DNA from: Paraphysomonas bandaiensis
Lineage: Eukaryota; Protista; Chrysophyceae
DNA: 64,000 bases
Direction of reading: 5' to 3'
Assembly: GCA_965644295.1 (NCBI GenBank)
Contig: CBFFRP010000016.1
Coordinates: 1 to 64,000 of the forward strand
Shown here: positions 62,694 to 64,000 of the stretch, piece by piece
Layout: every line of letters starts with the position of its first letter
How positions within the stretch are numbered: position 1 is the stretch's first letter
The notes under the pieces: generated by a model
Databases searched by the model: none
What the model was told of the DNA's origin: nothing
Seen by the model: the letters and a program-made list of their open reading frames with translations, nothing else
Translations under genes and position numbers: made by a program

Positions 62694-62937
62694 CCTCAAC
62701 AAAGTCAAACTCACACATTTTCGTGGTGCTCTGGAGGATAAGTACCGGAAATATTTCTTCGGTAAACTAACGTGAGCCGCATATATAGTCAACAAATAAC
62801 GTTCTGCCCACTCATAGCCAAATGCTTGTGTGGTGGTACAAGGGACACAAATTAGTGTCACTTGTGTAGACGTCTTTCGGCCTTGTGACGAATAAACAGG
62901 CATCCGGGGTATTGGGCTACCTGTTGAAGTCAAGCAT
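62694..62937 (+). mobile_element. Family A element, copy 4 (internal deletion, 3' truncated)
   Basis: CCTCAACAAAGT...GTCAAGCAT; the segment between two CCGG motifs is deleted. Confidence 0.88.
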
Positions 62938-63176
62938 ATCAACAGTTTCATTGACCCCTCTTCTTTCCCATAACACTCACCAGGAACCCATCGCTATGCA
63001 CTTATAAGCTATACAGATATACTGTATACATACACTGTGTTAAGTAGATATGTATATATGAATTAATTGTTATGCTTGAATATTTGTTTCGATACTCTGC
63101 AAGTCATTAATATGTTGTGTGGTGTGAGTTGGTATCTTAGACAATCACGATGTGTAATCAATGGATACAAGAACAA

Positions 63177-63285
63177 CTAGGTTTAATACCAATATTGACT
63201 AGGTTGAGTCATTTATTACTTTGACTATGTATTTACACCAAAACAAGTGTGACTAGGTAAGTCCACCAATTTGACTAGATTGAAT
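63177..63285. repeat. Cluster of about 5 imperfect TTGACTAGGT motifs
   Basis: AACTAGGT, TTGACTAGGT, TTGACTATGT, GTGACTAGGT and TTGACTAGAT at 20-30 bp spacing. Confidence 0.55.
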
Positions 63286-63534
63286 AATATTTCCCATTAT
63301 AAGAGTCTCACTGTAATATATACCTGACTACGTCACTGAAAGGTGAACAAGTTAATAGTTTTGCGTAATTTTTACAAATGTAAGATGCACATGATGTTTA
63401 CAGTATATAACCGCCACCACAATCCACCACAAACTGTGCGCGTTGATCGTTTGTAGCAAAGGCTTGTAGGAATGCACGACCACTGTGGTACAAGTCTCTG
63501 TCGTTGGTTTTCGATTGCAAGAGGCACTCCACTA

Positions 63535-64000
63535 TCATTGACACGCCATCCATCTCAGCTGCGGGGAGGATTTAAAAAACAAATATTAGTGACACACAAA
63601 GGTAGTACAAAAGAAAAACGTACCCAGAGCATCTTTTCTCTTTTCTTCGTTATCGACAGATTCACAATGGTCGTCGCGTTCAAGCAGAAGTCTCAGCCCA
63701 CCAACATAAGAACACTTGCCATCGTTATAATTGTGTGTGATTTCCACGCGTATCACTCCACTAGCCTTCTCAAATCCGCTGCTAACAACTGACCTGTCTG
63801 TGGCATTCGCTATAATTTTCTACGTGGATCACGTTACCTTCACTATGATTAGGATAAAACAAAACAACTCACCTGATATGAGTCTGATATTTCTTCACAA
63901 CTAACCACTGAAGTCCATCCTCCCACTCTTTCCATAGGGGCAAATCGCTTTACTTCAAAGAATTGACAACCACCTGAACAAGGATCCGATGTGCCGTCGT
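63535..64000 (-). CDS. 3' end of a gene entering from beyond the window; possible galactose-binding/discoidin-like beta-sandwich
   Basis: Open frame ...FFEVKRFAPMERVGGWTSVV..SYQ|KIIANA..IRVEITHNYNDGKCSYVGGLRL..DAL|AERMACQ* through two GT-AG introns. Confidence 0.6.

Noticed and set aside
1-64000. rRNA, tRNA or snRNA genes
   Set aside because: None recognised by eye; tRNAscan-SE and Infernal would be needed to exclude them.

Overview
Gene-dense, intron-containing eukaryotic DNA (about 41% GC by eye, short canonical GT-AG introns of roughly 40-200 bp). Gene content points to a flagellated protist, probably a stramenopile (inference). About 18 protein-coding genes can be assembled by hand, mostly in head-to-head pairs: CFAP251/WDR66, a VEPH1/Melted-like protein, IFT74, an SR splicing factor, an ARM/IQ protein, CDP-DAG synthase, a WD40 protein, a large beta-helix plus multi-pass membrane protein, a HAD phosphatase, GAS8/DRC4, a two-domain glycosyltransferase, a type I membrane protein, ZNHIT3, a TBC RabGAP, a histidine acid phosphatase, a SPEF2-like protein, NHE8, a pteridine-reductase-like SDR, and the 3' end of one further gene. 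Non-coding structure includes a 146-bp tandem array, a 1,929-bp tandem duplication, a (TATG)~75 microsatellite, several small interlinked dispersed repeats and a decayed hAT-like transposase. The most notable leads are: a Melted/VEPH1-like protein with a CaaX-like tail in place of the PH domain; a HAD phosphatase carrying an Inhibitor-3-type PP1-docking motif; a ~285-bp mobile element with CCTYAA direct-repeat ends and a covarying hairpin; and a TACAGCAGTA motif found only in 5' intergenic regions. All homology calls come from motif recognition by eye, not from searches.
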